Virus record (IMG/VR): IMGVR_UViG_3300020042_000176
Location: 1 to 25,277 of that record
Source: a virus
Lineage: Duplodnaviria > Caudoviricetes
Reading direction: 5' to 3' (one strand)
DNA: 25,277 nucleotides
Shown here: piece by piece, positions 16,307-25,277 of the stretch
Layout of the letters: every line of letters starts with the position of its first letter
Position numbering within the stretch: position 1 is the first letter of the stretch
Made by a program: the position numbers and the translations under genes
The notes under the pieces: model-generated
Told to the model about the DNA's origin: nothing
The model's database searches: none
What the model saw: the letters and a program-made list of their open reading frames with translations, nothing else

Positions 16307-17088
16307 TGTATCGCGTATTGCCTCCTTTTGGTGGAGATCAACGCGCTATTGCCGAGGTCGTTAATGGGATTATGAACGGCAAGACCAATAACACAGGCTC
16401 AGTCACTTTGGCGACAGGTGGTGCTTTAACAACCACAATCACAGATGAGCGCATTGGCTACGATTCAAATATTATCCTAATCCCTGCTTCTGCTGCGGCC
16501 TTTGCTGATACCGTTCCGTATGGGGCTTTTCAGGATGGAACAGATCAGACAGCGGCCAGCACAACGACTGCGTATGCAATAACCTTTGACACGACTGATT
16601 ATTCAAACGGCGTGACTTTATCCGATAGTTCAAGGATTAACGTAAAAAACGCTGGTGTGTATAACATTCAGTTTAGCATCCAGTTTAAGAACACGACCAA
16701 CGATTCTCAAGATGCAGATGTGTGGTTTCGTAAGAACGGAACGGATATACCAAAATCTAATAGTCGGTTTGGCCTTGCGCCAAGAAAAGGCGCTGGTGAC
16801 CCTTATCACACGATTGGGTCGCTTAACTATTTTGTTGAGTTGGCGGCCAATGATTACGTTCAGCTAATGTGGCGGGTATCTAATACGGGTGTTTCTATTG
16901 AGCAACATCCTGCGGATACAAGTCCAACACGGCCAGCAGTCCCGTCTGTAATCTTGACTGTGAACTATGTAAATCCATCGGCAACGACCAATATTTACGT
17001 TAGTTCAAAGGCCAAGGGTTCAGCAACACTCACGCATTTTGCAAACTCAACCGCCAGCAAAACATATAACTATGTGATTGTTGGATAA
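16306..17088 (+). CDS. Tail-associated structural protein with C1q/TNF-like jelly-roll segment
   Basis: PYGAF, ITFDTTD, AGVYNIQFSIQF, VELAANDYVQLMW are C1q-like strands; TGATG overlap with the nozzle gene. Confidence 0.65.
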   Translation: MYRVLPPFGGDQRAIAEVVNGIMNGKTNNTGSVTLATGGALTTTITDERIGYDSNIILIPASAAAFADTVPYGAFQDGTDQTAASTTTAYAITFDTTDYSNGVTLSDSSRINVKNAGVYNIQFSIQFKNTTNDSQDADVWFRKNGTDIPKSNSRFGLAPRKGAGDPYHTIGSLNYFVELAANDYVQLMWRVSNTGVSIEQHPADTSPTRPAVPSVILTVNYVNPSATTNIYVSSKAKGSATLTHFANSTASKTYNYVIVG

Positions 17089-17092
17089 CGTA

Positions 17093-17127
17093 TATAATCG
17101 GCTCCGTGGATGACCCGCAACGGAGTC
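17093..17127 (+). promoter_or_regulatory. TATAAT box followed by a leader hairpin ahead of the ejection genes
   Basis: TATAAT at 17093-17098; GGCTCCGT (17100-17107) pairs with ACGGAGTC (17120-17127). Confidence 0.55.
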
Positions 17128-17145
17128 CTTTAAAGAAAGGCGCTT

Positions 17146-18333
17146 ATGGCAGTCGGAACAACCACATCCACACAAACCACACAGATTGACCCTACGATTC
17201 AACCTTACCTGAAATATGGTCTGGAAGAAGCGCAGCGTCTTTATCAAGGTGGTGGCCCACAATACTATCAAGGCCAAAACTTTGTTGGCCCGTCTACATC
17301 AACAGAGACAGGCTTACAAGCCTTAGAAGCTCGCGCCAAAGCTGGCAACCCTTTACTTGGTCAGGCTCAAGGTGTATTCAGTAATGTGGCTACTGCTGCA
17401 TACAACCCCGCATTGGCTCAATATCAGAATTTGTATCAAACCGCAGGCTTTGACCCAAGCGCCCAATTTTACGGGCAAGTTGCAGGTGGTGGATATGTTA
17501 ATCCAGCCTTGGCTGGTACTGCTGCAACAGCAGGCGGTGCATTTCTAGGTGGCAATCAGTTTTTCCAAGGTGCTTTTAAACCTGCTGCACAGGCTGCTAC
17601 TGATGAATTTAATACGGCAATTGGCAACGTAACTTCACAGGCTTCAAAGGCTGGCCGTTTCGGTTCTGGTGCTATGACTAATTTGCAGAGTGCTGCTGCT
17701 GGCCAATTGGCTCAAAAGCTGACGGGAACTGCTGGACAACTGGCATATCAAAATTATGCGGCTGAACGTGCAGCGCAAGAGGCGGCACAATCTCGCGTTG
17801 GTGCATTGTCACAGCAAGATTTTGCTAACCGCATGGCGGCTGCTAATCAACTTACATCGGGCGCACAAAATCAATATAGCCAACAACTTGCGGCTACATC
17901 TGGTTTGGGCGGTACATATCAAAACGCAATCCAACAGCAATTAGCTGCCGCAGGTCAACTTCCTCAATTGGCTGAAGCTGATTATGGCGACATTAACAAA
18001 ATGATGGCCGCAGGACAATTGCGCGAAGGTTATCAGAATCAAGCCCTTCAAGCTGATATGGCTAAATATGCGTATCAACAGAACTTGCCACAGCAACAAC
18101 TGACTAATTATTTGAATCAAGCCTACGGTTTCCCTGCTGGTCGGACTGCTACAACACAACAGCCTTACTTTACTAATCCAACTGCTTCTGCTTTGGGTAC
18201 TGGCTTGCTTGGCGTTCAATTGTTGGGTGGCTTAGACCGAATGGGAACTGGTGGCTCTGGCGGCATTGGCCAAGGATATGACTTTTTGAAAAATACATTC
18301 TTTGGTTCATCTAATCCAGTATATGACTACTAA
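17146..18333 (+). CDS. Putative DNA ejection / internal virion protein 1
   Basis: Gln/Ala/Gly-rich helical protein; T-rich N-terminus, AGRFGSGA, Gly-rich hydrophobic C-terminus; P22 gp7-like position. Confidence 0.7.
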   Translation: MAVGTTTSTQTTQIDPTIQPYLKYGLEEAQRLYQGGGPQYYQGQNFVGPSTSTETGLQALEARAKAGNPLLGQAQGVFSNVATAAYNPALAQYQNLYQTAGFDPSAQFYGQVAGGGYVNPALAGTAATAGGAFLGGNQFFQGAFKPAAQAATDEFNTAIGNVTSQASKAGRFGSGAMTNLQSAAAGQLAQKLTGTAGQLAYQNYAAERAAQEAAQSRVGALSQQDFANRMAAANQLTSGAQNQYSQQLAATSGLGGTYQNAIQQQLAAAGQLPQLAEADYGDINKMMAAGQLREGYQNQALQADMAKYAYQQNLPQQQLTNYLNQAYGFPAGRTATTQQPYFTNPTASALGTGLLGVQLLGGLDRMGTGGSGGIGQGYDFLKNTFFGSSNPVYDY

Positions 18334-18349
18334 AAACAAGGATTAAATC

Positions 18350-19678
18350 ATGGCACTACTAGATTCAATCTACGGCGAAACCCCTGCTTACTTTGGCGGT
18401 CTTCTTGGTGAAGACGAGCTAAGACGCCTGCAAGGTCAGGCACAAAGCCAATCTAATCTTGGTATGGCTACGGCTTTGCTTCGTGCTGGCGCTCCAAGCC
18501 GTACACCTGGCGGCGGTGCTTTGGCTATTGCTGAAGGTTTGCAGATGGGTCAGCAGGCTTACAAACAAGCGTTGAACCAAGGTCTTCAGGAAAAGATGCA
18601 AGAAATGCAAATTGGTGAGCAATTGCGTAAACAGCAAGAAGCTCGACAAATCCGACAGCTTTCTAGCCAATTGATTAACCCTGCTGTTGCCGCTGGCGAA
18701 ATGAACTTTTCAGGCTCACCAGATCAGATTGCTCAATACTTTCAAACGCCTGGCCAAGCTGTTATTCCAACTACATCACAAGCGATGCCAGCGTCAGTTA
18801 ACATGAATGTGGCATCACGCATAGCGCAACTTTCAGCAGACCCATTGGCTGCTTATGCTAATTTGGCTAAGTTAGTACCTGACTTGCGTAAGGCTGGTTT
18901 TGTTGGCGCAGGCACACAGGGCGAAAACCCATTTGATATTTTTGTGGCAGATGCAACGGTTCCAGCCCCTCTTAAATCATTGGCTCAACAATATCAAAAG
19001 AGTTATGCAAGCGGTCAACTTGACCCAGAAAGAACTAATGAGGTTATGCGCCAATTGGCTACAAGCGTTCAATCTGCACAGCAATTTGCACAGCAACAAG
19101 CTGGCACTCAAGAAAACAGAGAATTTACTCGCATGATGGCAGGCCAAGGCGCAGCAACGCAGCGTATGTTGGCAGAAGAAAAAATTGCTGCTGCACAAGA
19201 AAAGCGAGAAACAGCAGCCACGGGCAAGTCTGAGGCTAAAACACAATTGACTGACATTGTTGGTTCATTGAAAAAGAACTACGAAACCTTGAAAGAACAA
19301 GGCGGCATTGTTAGCACGACTGAATCAGGATTTGGCAACTTAGGGGCTAGATTAAGTTCTTCTGGTTTAGGTCAAGCTGTTGGCGGTGCTGTTGGCGCTA
19401 AAACCCAAGAGGAGCGTCAGAAGATTGAACAGACTCGACCTTTGTTGTTAAACTTGATTAAGAACGCAACAGGCATGAGCGCACAGCAAATGAACTCCAA
19501 TGCTGAAATGCAACTTTATTTGAACGCTGCGACAAACCCACAACTAAGCTACGAAGCCAACTTGGAGGCTTTGAAGAACTTAGACAAACTTTATGGTTTG
19601 GGGAATGTGGCTAAAGATATTGAAAAAGAACTCAAGAATCCTGCAAAACCTTCTGGCCCTTCTAAGAGTGGGTGGTAA
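18350..19678 (+). CDS. Putative DNA ejection / internal virion protein 2
   Basis: Q/A-rich helical 442-aa protein; AAGGA RBS; synteny. Confidence 0.65.
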   Translation: MALLDSIYGETPAYFGGLLGEDELRRLQGQAQSQSNLGMATALLRAGAPSRTPGGGALAIAEGLQMGQQAYKQALNQGLQEKMQEMQIGEQLRKQQEARQIRQLSSQLINPAVAAGEMNFSGSPDQIAQYFQTPGQAVIPTTSQAMPASVNMNVASRIAQLSADPLAAYANLAKLVPDLRKAGFVGAGTQGENPFDIFVADATVPAPLKSLAQQYQKSYASGQLDPERTNEVMRQLATSVQSAQQFAQQQAGTQENREFTRMMAGQGAATQRMLAEEKIAAAQEKRETAATGKSEAKTQLTDIVGSLKKNYETLKEQGGIVSTTESGFGNLGARLSSSGLGQAVGGAVGAKTQEERQKIEQTRPLLLNLIKNATGMSAQQMNSNAEMQLYLNAATNPQLSYEANLEALKNLDKLYGLGNVAKDIEKELKNPAKPSGPSKSGW

Positions 19679-19680
19679 AC

Positions 19681-21282
19681 ATGGCTGACATTACAGTTTC
19701 ATTTACTGATGGCACTTCTCATGTGTATGAGAACGCTCCTGATTCATTAAGTCGTGATGACGTTTTAAAGCGCGTCATGACTGACTTTCCTAATAAAAGA
19801 CCAGAGAATTTATCACGCGAATCTTATAAAGAGATGGGCGCTTTGGATGTTGCAACTAAGGCAGTAAAGAATCTGCCCTCATCAACTTCAAAGATGGTTG
19901 GCGACATTATTTCTGCTATTTCTAGCCCATTGCAGACAGGTAAAGCGATTCTTGATGTTGGTGCTGGTGCATTGCAAAACATCTTGCCAGAGTCGTTGGT
20001 TCGGGCTATTGGTGAGGATAAGCCATCACGCCAAGCTGCTAATCAAGTTGCACAAATGTATGTGGACAAATACGGTTCGGCAGAAGCCGCTAAACGAGCT
20101 ATTGCAACCGACCCTGCTAGTGTGATGGCTGATATTTCAACCGTCTTAACTGGTGGCTCAATGGCGGCTGTAAAGGCTCCACAAGTTGCTGGTGCGCTAT
20201 CAAAAGCTGCAAGCCTGGTAGACCCGTTATCGTTGGCCGCTAGGGGTACTGTTGCTGGCGTAAGAGGCGCTGGAAAAGTTGCTGAAAACGTCCTTGGCGT
20301 AACAACTGGCGTAGGTTCAGAGCCAATTGCCCAAGCGTTTAAAGCTGGTGTAGAGGGTGGTCAACGTGGCCAGCAATTCACACAGAATATGCGCGGTACT
20401 GCTGACATGATGGAAGTCTTGGATATTGCAAAGCAGAATCTAAATCAGATTCGTATAGATCGCAGCAACGCATACAAAACAAACATGGCAAATATTAAGG
20501 GCGACAAAACCGTTCTTGATTTTTCAGGCATTGATAAAGCTGTTGATGAAGCATTTAACAAGGTTTCATTCAAAGGTCAAATCACAAACAAAGATGCGGC
20601 TGCAAAGGTTGTAGAAGCTCAAACAATCATTGATGAATGGAAAAAGTTAGACCCTGCGGAATATCACACACCAGAAGGCATTGACCAATTAAAACAAAGT
20701 GTTGGTCAAATCCTTGAGGGTTTGCAGCCAAGAACACAGTCAGACATGGTTATTAAAGGTGTTTACAGCTCAATTAAAAATGAGATCAACAAACAAGCGC
20801 CTACCTATGCAAAGACAATGAAGGCTTACTCTGAATCAACTGACTTGATTCGTGAGATTGAGCGTTCGTTGTCTCTTGGCGACAAGGCTTCTGCTGATAC
20901 TGCGATGCGTAAATTACAGTCATTGACCCGCAATAATGTAAATACAAACTATGGCCAACGACTGAAACTAGCACAAGAGTTAGAGGCTCAAGGTGGCCAA
21001 CAGATGATGCCTGCATTGTCTGGCCAGGCTTTAGCTGAATTTACTCCAAGAGGAATTCAACGAGCAACTGCCCCGATTGGCGGCGTTGGGTTGTTCTCTG
21101 TTGGTGGAATCCCTGCTGTTGTCGGTGGTGCTGCTTTGTCTTCTCCTAGAATTGTTGGAGAGGCTACTTATGGTGCTGGTCGTGCCACAAGAGGATTGCT
21201 TGACGTTCGCAATCGTATGCCAGAACTAGACTATCCAACAATGTTTAATCTGCTGTACCAAGCAGAACAAATGAAGCAATAA
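19681..21282 (+). CDS. Putative DNA ejection / internal virion protein 3
   Basis: Helical protein with Gly/Ala-rich hydrophobic segments (SSPRIVGEA) directly before the tail fibre; ATG 19681 follows the upstream stop. Confidence 0.7.
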   Translation: MADITVSFTDGTSHVYENAPDSLSRDDVLKRVMTDFPNKRPENLSRESYKEMGALDVATKAVKNLPSSTSKMVGDIISAISSPLQTGKAILDVGAGALQNILPESLVRAIGEDKPSRQAANQVAQMYVDKYGSAEAAKRAIATDPASVMADISTVLTGGSMAAVKAPQVAGALSKAASLVDPLSLAARGTVAGVRGAGKVAENVLGVTTGVGSEPIAQAFKAGVEGGQRGQQFTQNMRGTADMMEVLDIAKQNLNQIRIDRSNAYKTNMANIKGDKTVLDFSGIDKAVDEAFNKVSFKGQITNKDAAAKVVEAQTIIDEWKKLDPAEYHTPEGIDQLKQSVGQILEGLQPRTQSDMVIKGVYSSIKNEINKQAPTYAKTMKAYSESTDLIREIERSLSLGDKASADTAMRKLQSLTRNNVNTNYGQRLKLAQELEAQGGQQMMPALSGQALAEFTPRGIQRATAPIGGVGLFSVGGIPAVVGGAALSSPRIVGEATYGAGRATRGLLDVRNRMPELDYPTMFNLLYQAEQMKQ

Positions 21283-21292
21283 AGGAATCAAA

Positions 21293-23965
21293 ATGCCAAA
21301 AACCAAAATCAGTGAGTACAGCAGTACCGCAAACTCGAACACAGACGTAGCGTCAATCAACATAGATGAAGGCTGCGCTCCTAGCGGTATCAATAACGCC
21401 ATTCGTGCTGTTATGGGTCACTTAAAGGACTTCCAAGTTGGCACTAACGGCGACCCATTTAACGGCCCTCATAACGGTACTGTCGGGGCTACAACCCCTG
21501 CGTCTGGTGCGTTTACTACCTTGTCTGCTACGGGCGTAACGACTGTGCAAGCTGGTACGGTTTCACTACCTGCTATCACCACAACAGGCGACACCAACAC
21601 GGGTATCTTCTTCCCTGCCGCTGACACCATTGCCTTTACTGAAGGTGGTGCGGAATCTATGCGCATTGATAGCTCAGGCAATCTTGGTTTAGGCGCTACT
21701 CCTAGTGCTTGGGCCGCTGGCAGTAAAGCAATTCAAATTACTGGAAATGGCTCTATTGCAACTCAAGGTGCATTTGACATTATTGCTAATGGTTTTAACG
21801 ATGGGACAAACTATAACTATATTACAAGCACTTTGGCTTCAAGATATACACAAGTAAACTCTCAGCATCGTTGGTTTACTGCGCCGACAGGTACGGCAGG
21901 TAGCCCCATCACCTTCACCCAAGCAATGACGCTTGATGCTAGTGGAAACTTTCTGGTGGGTCAAACGTCCTCTTTAGGTAAATTAACACTTAAGCAACCT
22001 ACTGGAAGCACAGTTATTGCAGCAAACATAGATGGCTCAACTTCATCCGAAAGCATATTGTTGAATGTGTCAGGATTTGGACAGGCTAACGTTGCCAGAC
22101 TTGCATTGACAGCCCCGACTGTTGATGTTAGACCAGCACTAACCTTTTCATTGTTTAACGGTGGGTTGGACGGTTTTCAAGAACGGATGCGTATTACAGC
22201 CGCAGGTAGCGTAGGTATTGGTACAGGCTCTACTGCTGCAAATGCTAGATTAACAGTCCAAGGTGGCAACTTTGCTTTTCAAAGCACAACTACTTCTGCC
22301 ACAACTTCTGTTGGATATATCAGCGGGTTTTCTGACAGAAATAGCTCCAACTATGAAATAGGAAAAATTGATTTCCAAACAGGTGCTTTTGCAGATGCTG
22401 GAAATATGTTGTTTAGCACAAAAGTTGGAGCAGGTTCTTTAACAGAGCGTATGCGCATCGACAGCACAGGTAACGTATCTATTGGAGTTGCAACAGCATC
22501 CACATTGCTAACATTGCAAAAAACTTCTGGAGAAATGTTTAGGGCTATTGTTTCTTCAAACACGGGTCTATATACAAGCATTGGTGCTGATGGCGACGGC
22601 GGCTTTATAAACGGTAGTACAAATCTAGTCTTACGGACTGGCAACACAGAACGTGCTCGTATCGACAGCGCAGGCAACCTAGGCTTGGGAGTCACTCCTA
22701 ACGCTGCTTGGGCTACAAATAGGAAAGTTATTCAGCTTGGTGGTCTTGCGGGAACTGTTGTTGCTTTCAATGGAACGGGCGGCTCTGGAGAGCAGTTTTA
22801 CAACTCTTACTTTAATGCCTCCTCTCAAAACATTTACAACGCAACCAATTTCGCTGGAAAATCAGATTTTAATGTTGCCTCTGCTGGTGGTTTTACTTGG
22901 CAATTAGCCCCATCAGGCACAGCAGGTAACACCATCACCTTTACCCAAGCAATGACGCTTACAGCGGCGGGGAATTTGGGTGTTGGTGCAACAAGCCCTA
23001 GCGCAAAGTTGGAAGTTACTTCTTCTGGCTCTGCAAGCACCGCTATTTTGCGAAATACCTCTAGTACAGCAGCCACATATTCTGAACTTTTCTTTGCTCC
23101 ATTTTCAGGAGTAACCGCAGCATCTGCGGCAATTCGTTCAACATACAGCGGATTTAATGATAGTTCGATTGAGTTTTTAACAACATCTTCAACGTCAGCG
23201 CCTACGGAAAAAATGCGCATCGACAGCGCAGGTCGAGTTGGTATTGGTACAACGTCTCCGGGTGTGTACACATTACACATTTCTAATGCATCGCCCTCGG
23301 TGCGAATTTCAGGAACTTCTGAAACAGCGGCGCAAACTCAATCTTTGTTTTTTGGAACTACTACCTACAACCGTTCCGAAATACGGTCTATAAACGTAGG
23401 AACGCAAGGCGCAGATTTAACATTTTTGACATCGCCAACGGGTTCTTCATCAGTAGAACGTATGCGCATTAACAATGGTGGTAGCTTATTAGTTGGACGC
23501 ACAACTGCTGGATTAGATAATGGCGCTGGATTGACAGTTCTTTCCACGGGAAGCGTACAAGTTGAATGTACTGGGTCAAGTTTCTTTAATAGAGTTGGTT
23601 CAGATGGCGCTGTTCTTTCATTTAGACGGCAAAACGCAGATGTTGGCTCTATTACAGTTAATGGATCAGGAACACTATACAACGTTACGTCTGATCAACG
23701 CCTAAAAGAAAACATTGTTGATGCTTCTCCTGCATCTGCTTTGATTGATGCCATTCAAGTGCGTCAATACAATTGGAAATCAAACGGCTCATTCCAACGC
23801 TACGGCTTTGTTGCTCAAGAGCTTGTAACCGTAGCCCCTGAAGCTGTCCACCAACCCGCTGACCCAGAAGAAATGATGGCAGTTGACTACTCCAAACTTG
23901 TACCTATGCTGGTCAAGGAAATCCAATCCCTGCGTCAACGTGTCGCACAACTTGAATCTAACTAA
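21293..23965 (+). CDS. Tail fibre with C-terminal intramolecular chaperone (Peptidase S74)
   Basis: Repeated E(R/K)MRIDSxGxxGIG junctions; C-terminal TSDQRLKENI...YGFVAQEL...VDYSKLVPMLVKEIQ coiled coil. Confidence 0.92.
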   Translation: MPKTKISEYSSTANSNTDVASINIDEGCAPSGINNAIRAVMGHLKDFQVGTNGDPFNGPHNGTVGATTPASGAFTTLSATGVTTVQAGTVSLPAITTTGDTNTGIFFPAADTIAFTEGGAESMRIDSSGNLGLGATPSAWAAGSKAIQITGNGSIATQGAFDIIANGFNDGTNYNYITSTLASRYTQVNSQHRWFTAPTGTAGSPITFTQAMTLDASGNFLVGQTSSLGKLTLKQPTGSTVIAANIDGSTSSESILLNVSGFGQANVARLALTAPTVDVRPALTFSLFNGGLDGFQERMRITAAGSVGIGTGSTAANARLTVQGGNFAFQSTTTSATTSVGYISGFSDRNSSNYEIGKIDFQTGAFADAGNMLFSTKVGAGSLTERMRIDSTGNVSIGVATASTLLTLQKTSGEMFRAIVSSNTGLYTSIGADGDGGFINGSTNLVLRTGNTERARIDSAGNLGLGVTPNAAWATNRKVIQLGGLAGTVVAFNGTGGSGEQFYNSYFNASSQNIYNATNFAGKSDFNVASAGGFTWQLAPSGTAGNTITFTQAMTLTAAGNLGVGATSPSAKLEVTSSGSASTAILRNTSSTAATYSELFFAPFSGVTAASAAIRSTYSGFNDSSIEFLTTSSTSAPTEKMRIDSAGRVGIGTTSPGVYTLHISNASPSVRISGTSETAAQTQSLFFGTTTYNRSEIRSINVGTQGADLTFLTSPTGSSSVERMRINNGGSLLVGRTTAGLDNGAGLTVLSTGSVQVECTGSSFFNRVGSDGAVLSFRRQNADVGSITVNGSGTLYNVTSDQRLKENIVDASPASALIDAIQVRQYNWKSNGSFQRYGFVAQELVTVAPEAVHQPADPEEMMAVDYSKLVPMLVKEIQSLRQRVAQLESN

Positions 23966-23974
23966 GGAAAAACC

Positions 23975-24271
23975 ATGACTACCACTTGGACAATCAACCA
24001 ACTTGACCGCAACACTTCTGACGGTTTCGTCACAACAGTTCACTACAACGTGACTGCTACTGACGATGACTTTTCAGCATCCACCTACGGCACTATCGGC
24101 TTTGAAGCTGGTACACCTGCAACACCTTTTGCATCCCTGACAGAGGCTCAAGTAGTTGCATGGGTAAAAGACAAGCTAGGCGAGGAAGTCGTTGAGGCTG
24201 CATTGGCTGCTCAGATTGAAGCTCAGAAGAACCCTGTTAAGGCTTCTGGATTGCCTTGGGGTCAAGCATGA
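23975..24271 (+). CDS. Putative tail fibre assembly protein
   Basis: Small acidic protein after the fibre; PFASLTEAQVVAWVK and near-terminal GLPW; AAGGA RBS. Confidence 0.7.
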   Translation: MTTTWTINQLDRNTSDGFVTTVHYNVTATDDDFSASTYGTIGFEAGTPATPFASLTEAQVVAWVKDKLGEEVVEAALAAQIEAQKNPVKASGLPWGQA

Positions 24272-24426
24272 ATCTGAATCTCGAAACCGCAGAAGTTAAC
24301 TTCATCCTTCAGGTCTTAGGCCAATTGCCAACAAGCTCGAACGTCTACCCTTTGCTGAAGAAGATCGAGGGTCAGGCTATCGAACAATCCCCGAAAGCGG
24401 AAGATGGACAACCAACAGCTATTTAA
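24268..24426 (+). CDS. Small helical protein (52 aa, not in ORF track)
   Basis: ATGA overlap; MNLNLETAEVNFILQVLGQLPTSSNVYPLLKKIEGQA...; fills the gap exactly. Confidence 0.7.
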   Translation: MNLNLETAEVNFILQVLGQLPTSSNVYPLLKKIEGQAIEQSPKAEDGQPTAI

Positions 24427-24625
24427 CCTAGTGGTCAGCGTTGCTGGCTTCTTGGCTGTCTACACCCTCAATGGCCTGACTCGAAAGATTCAGCGCCTTG
24501 AGGATGAGTTAAAGACGCTGCCGCATGACTATGTGCAGAAAGACGACTACCGCGCTGATATGCGTGACGTTAAAGAATTGCTCAAGCAGATATTTGACAA
24601 GCTAGACGCAAAGCAAGACAAGTAA
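24404..24625 (+). CDS. Small membrane protein with coiled coil (possibly lysis-related)
   Basis: N-terminal hydrophobic helix LFNLVVSVAGFLAVYTL, then a charged coiled coil. Confidence 0.65.
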   Translation: MDNQQLFNLVVSVAGFLAVYTLNGLTRKIQRLEDELKTLPHDYVQKDDYRADMRDVKELLKQIFDKLDAKQDK

Positions 24626-24646
24626 TGTGGACCCAATCTCCTTCTT

Positions 24647-25277
24647 ATGGCACAAAGTGCAGTCGGTGCTATCCGCGCTGGTTGCCAAATGCTATCAGAA
24701 GGCAAAGCGTTTATTGATGACGCTAAGTCTGAAGTGGAAAGCATTGTCGGTCAAGTCACAGAGGCTTATGAAACAGTCACAGGCTTATGGGGCTGGATTA
24801 TTGGACTTTTTGGCGGCACTAAACAAACTGAGGATGCACCAACAGCAGCACCAGTTGCAGCAACCGAATCCATCAAACCTGTTGCAAAGAAGACAAAAAA
24901 GCAGCCAGACAAAGAATTAAGTTACGAGGAATTTCAGGCTAGGGCTGTCCATGAGATATGCGAGAACCTAAAAGTCTACTTTGAAGCGATAAGACATTTA
25001 AAAACGCATTGTCGGGAACTTGAGGAAGAAGCTCTTACGACAGAGAGGGTTGCCGATAGTGCAATTGACAGAATTGAGATGCAATGGCAAATGAAGGAGC
25101 TGAACAAGCAACTTAAACAGGCCATGATCTATGGAACACCAGAGGAGCTTGGTCTGGGTGCAATGTATAAAGAATTTCTGTTGAAGTATGACGAGATTTT
25201 GGAAGAACAAGAGGTTGCGCGTGAGTTGAAACGTAAGAAAGAACGAGACACAGCATGGCAACACGAACACCGTCAAG
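24647..25277 (+). CDS. Hypothetical helical protein, truncated by the window end; possible frameshifted start at GTG 24627
   Basis: Stop-free frame from ATG 24647 (MAQSAVGAIRAGCQML...LWGWIIGLFGG...) to the end of the window; absent from the ORF track. Confidence 0.8.
   Translation, partial: MAQSAVGAIRAGCQMLSEGKAFIDDAKSEVESIVGQVTEAYETVTGLWGWIIGLFGGTKQTEDAPTAAPVAATESIKPVAKKTKKQPDKELSYEEFQARAVHEICENLKVYFEAIRHLKTHCRELEEEALTTERVADSAIDRIEMQWQMKELNKQLKQAMIYGTPEELGLGAMYKEFLLKYDEILEEQEVARELKRKKERDTAWQHEHRQ

Noticed and set aside
21469-24043. Several minus-strand ORFs across the tail fibre
   Set aside because: Mirror-frame shadows of a Gly/Thr/Ser-rich coding sequence.
24627-24920. 97-aa ORF from the track as a real protein
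   Set aside because: Beyond MDPIS it overlaps a longer, more protein-like open frame starting at 24647.
1-25277. tRNA, rRNA, integrase, att site, endolysin, prohead protease, or stop-codon reassignment
   Set aside because: None recognised; genes tile densely in the standard code, with TAA and TGA acting as normal stops.

Overview
This window is a contiguous, entirely plus-strand piece of a tailed dsDNA phage genome with P22-like (podovirus-type) gene order. It opens with the end of an early/nin-type region: a PAPS-reductase-like gene split by a G8 tract, NinB, and a DUF968-like nuclease. An accessory block follows: a Cys-rich HiPIP-like protein, small basic proteins, an HNH endonuclease flanked by a duplicated gene end, and an ADP-ribosyltransferase-like protein. 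The morphogenesis module comprises TerS, TerL, portal, a 664-aa Pro-rich repeat protein, scaffold, major capsid protein, a GT2 glycosyltransferase, adaptor, nozzle, three putative ejection proteins, a modular tail fibre with a C-terminal S74 chaperone, and small downstream genes running off the window. The most notable signals are: (i) a homopolymer frameshift in the PAPS-reductase-like gene; (ii) a possible virion-cargo system, in which the ART-like and repeat proteins share terminal (G/N/A)LL motifs with the ejection proteins; (iii) tandem SNPVYD repeats plus a capsid-linked glycosyltransferase; (iv) an HNH cassette that appears to have displaced and replaced its target gene's 3' end; (v) a 25-aa motif shared by two adjacent structural proteins; and (vi) hairpins in three late-gene leaders. 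Family assignments come from motif recognition and synteny, not from database searches.
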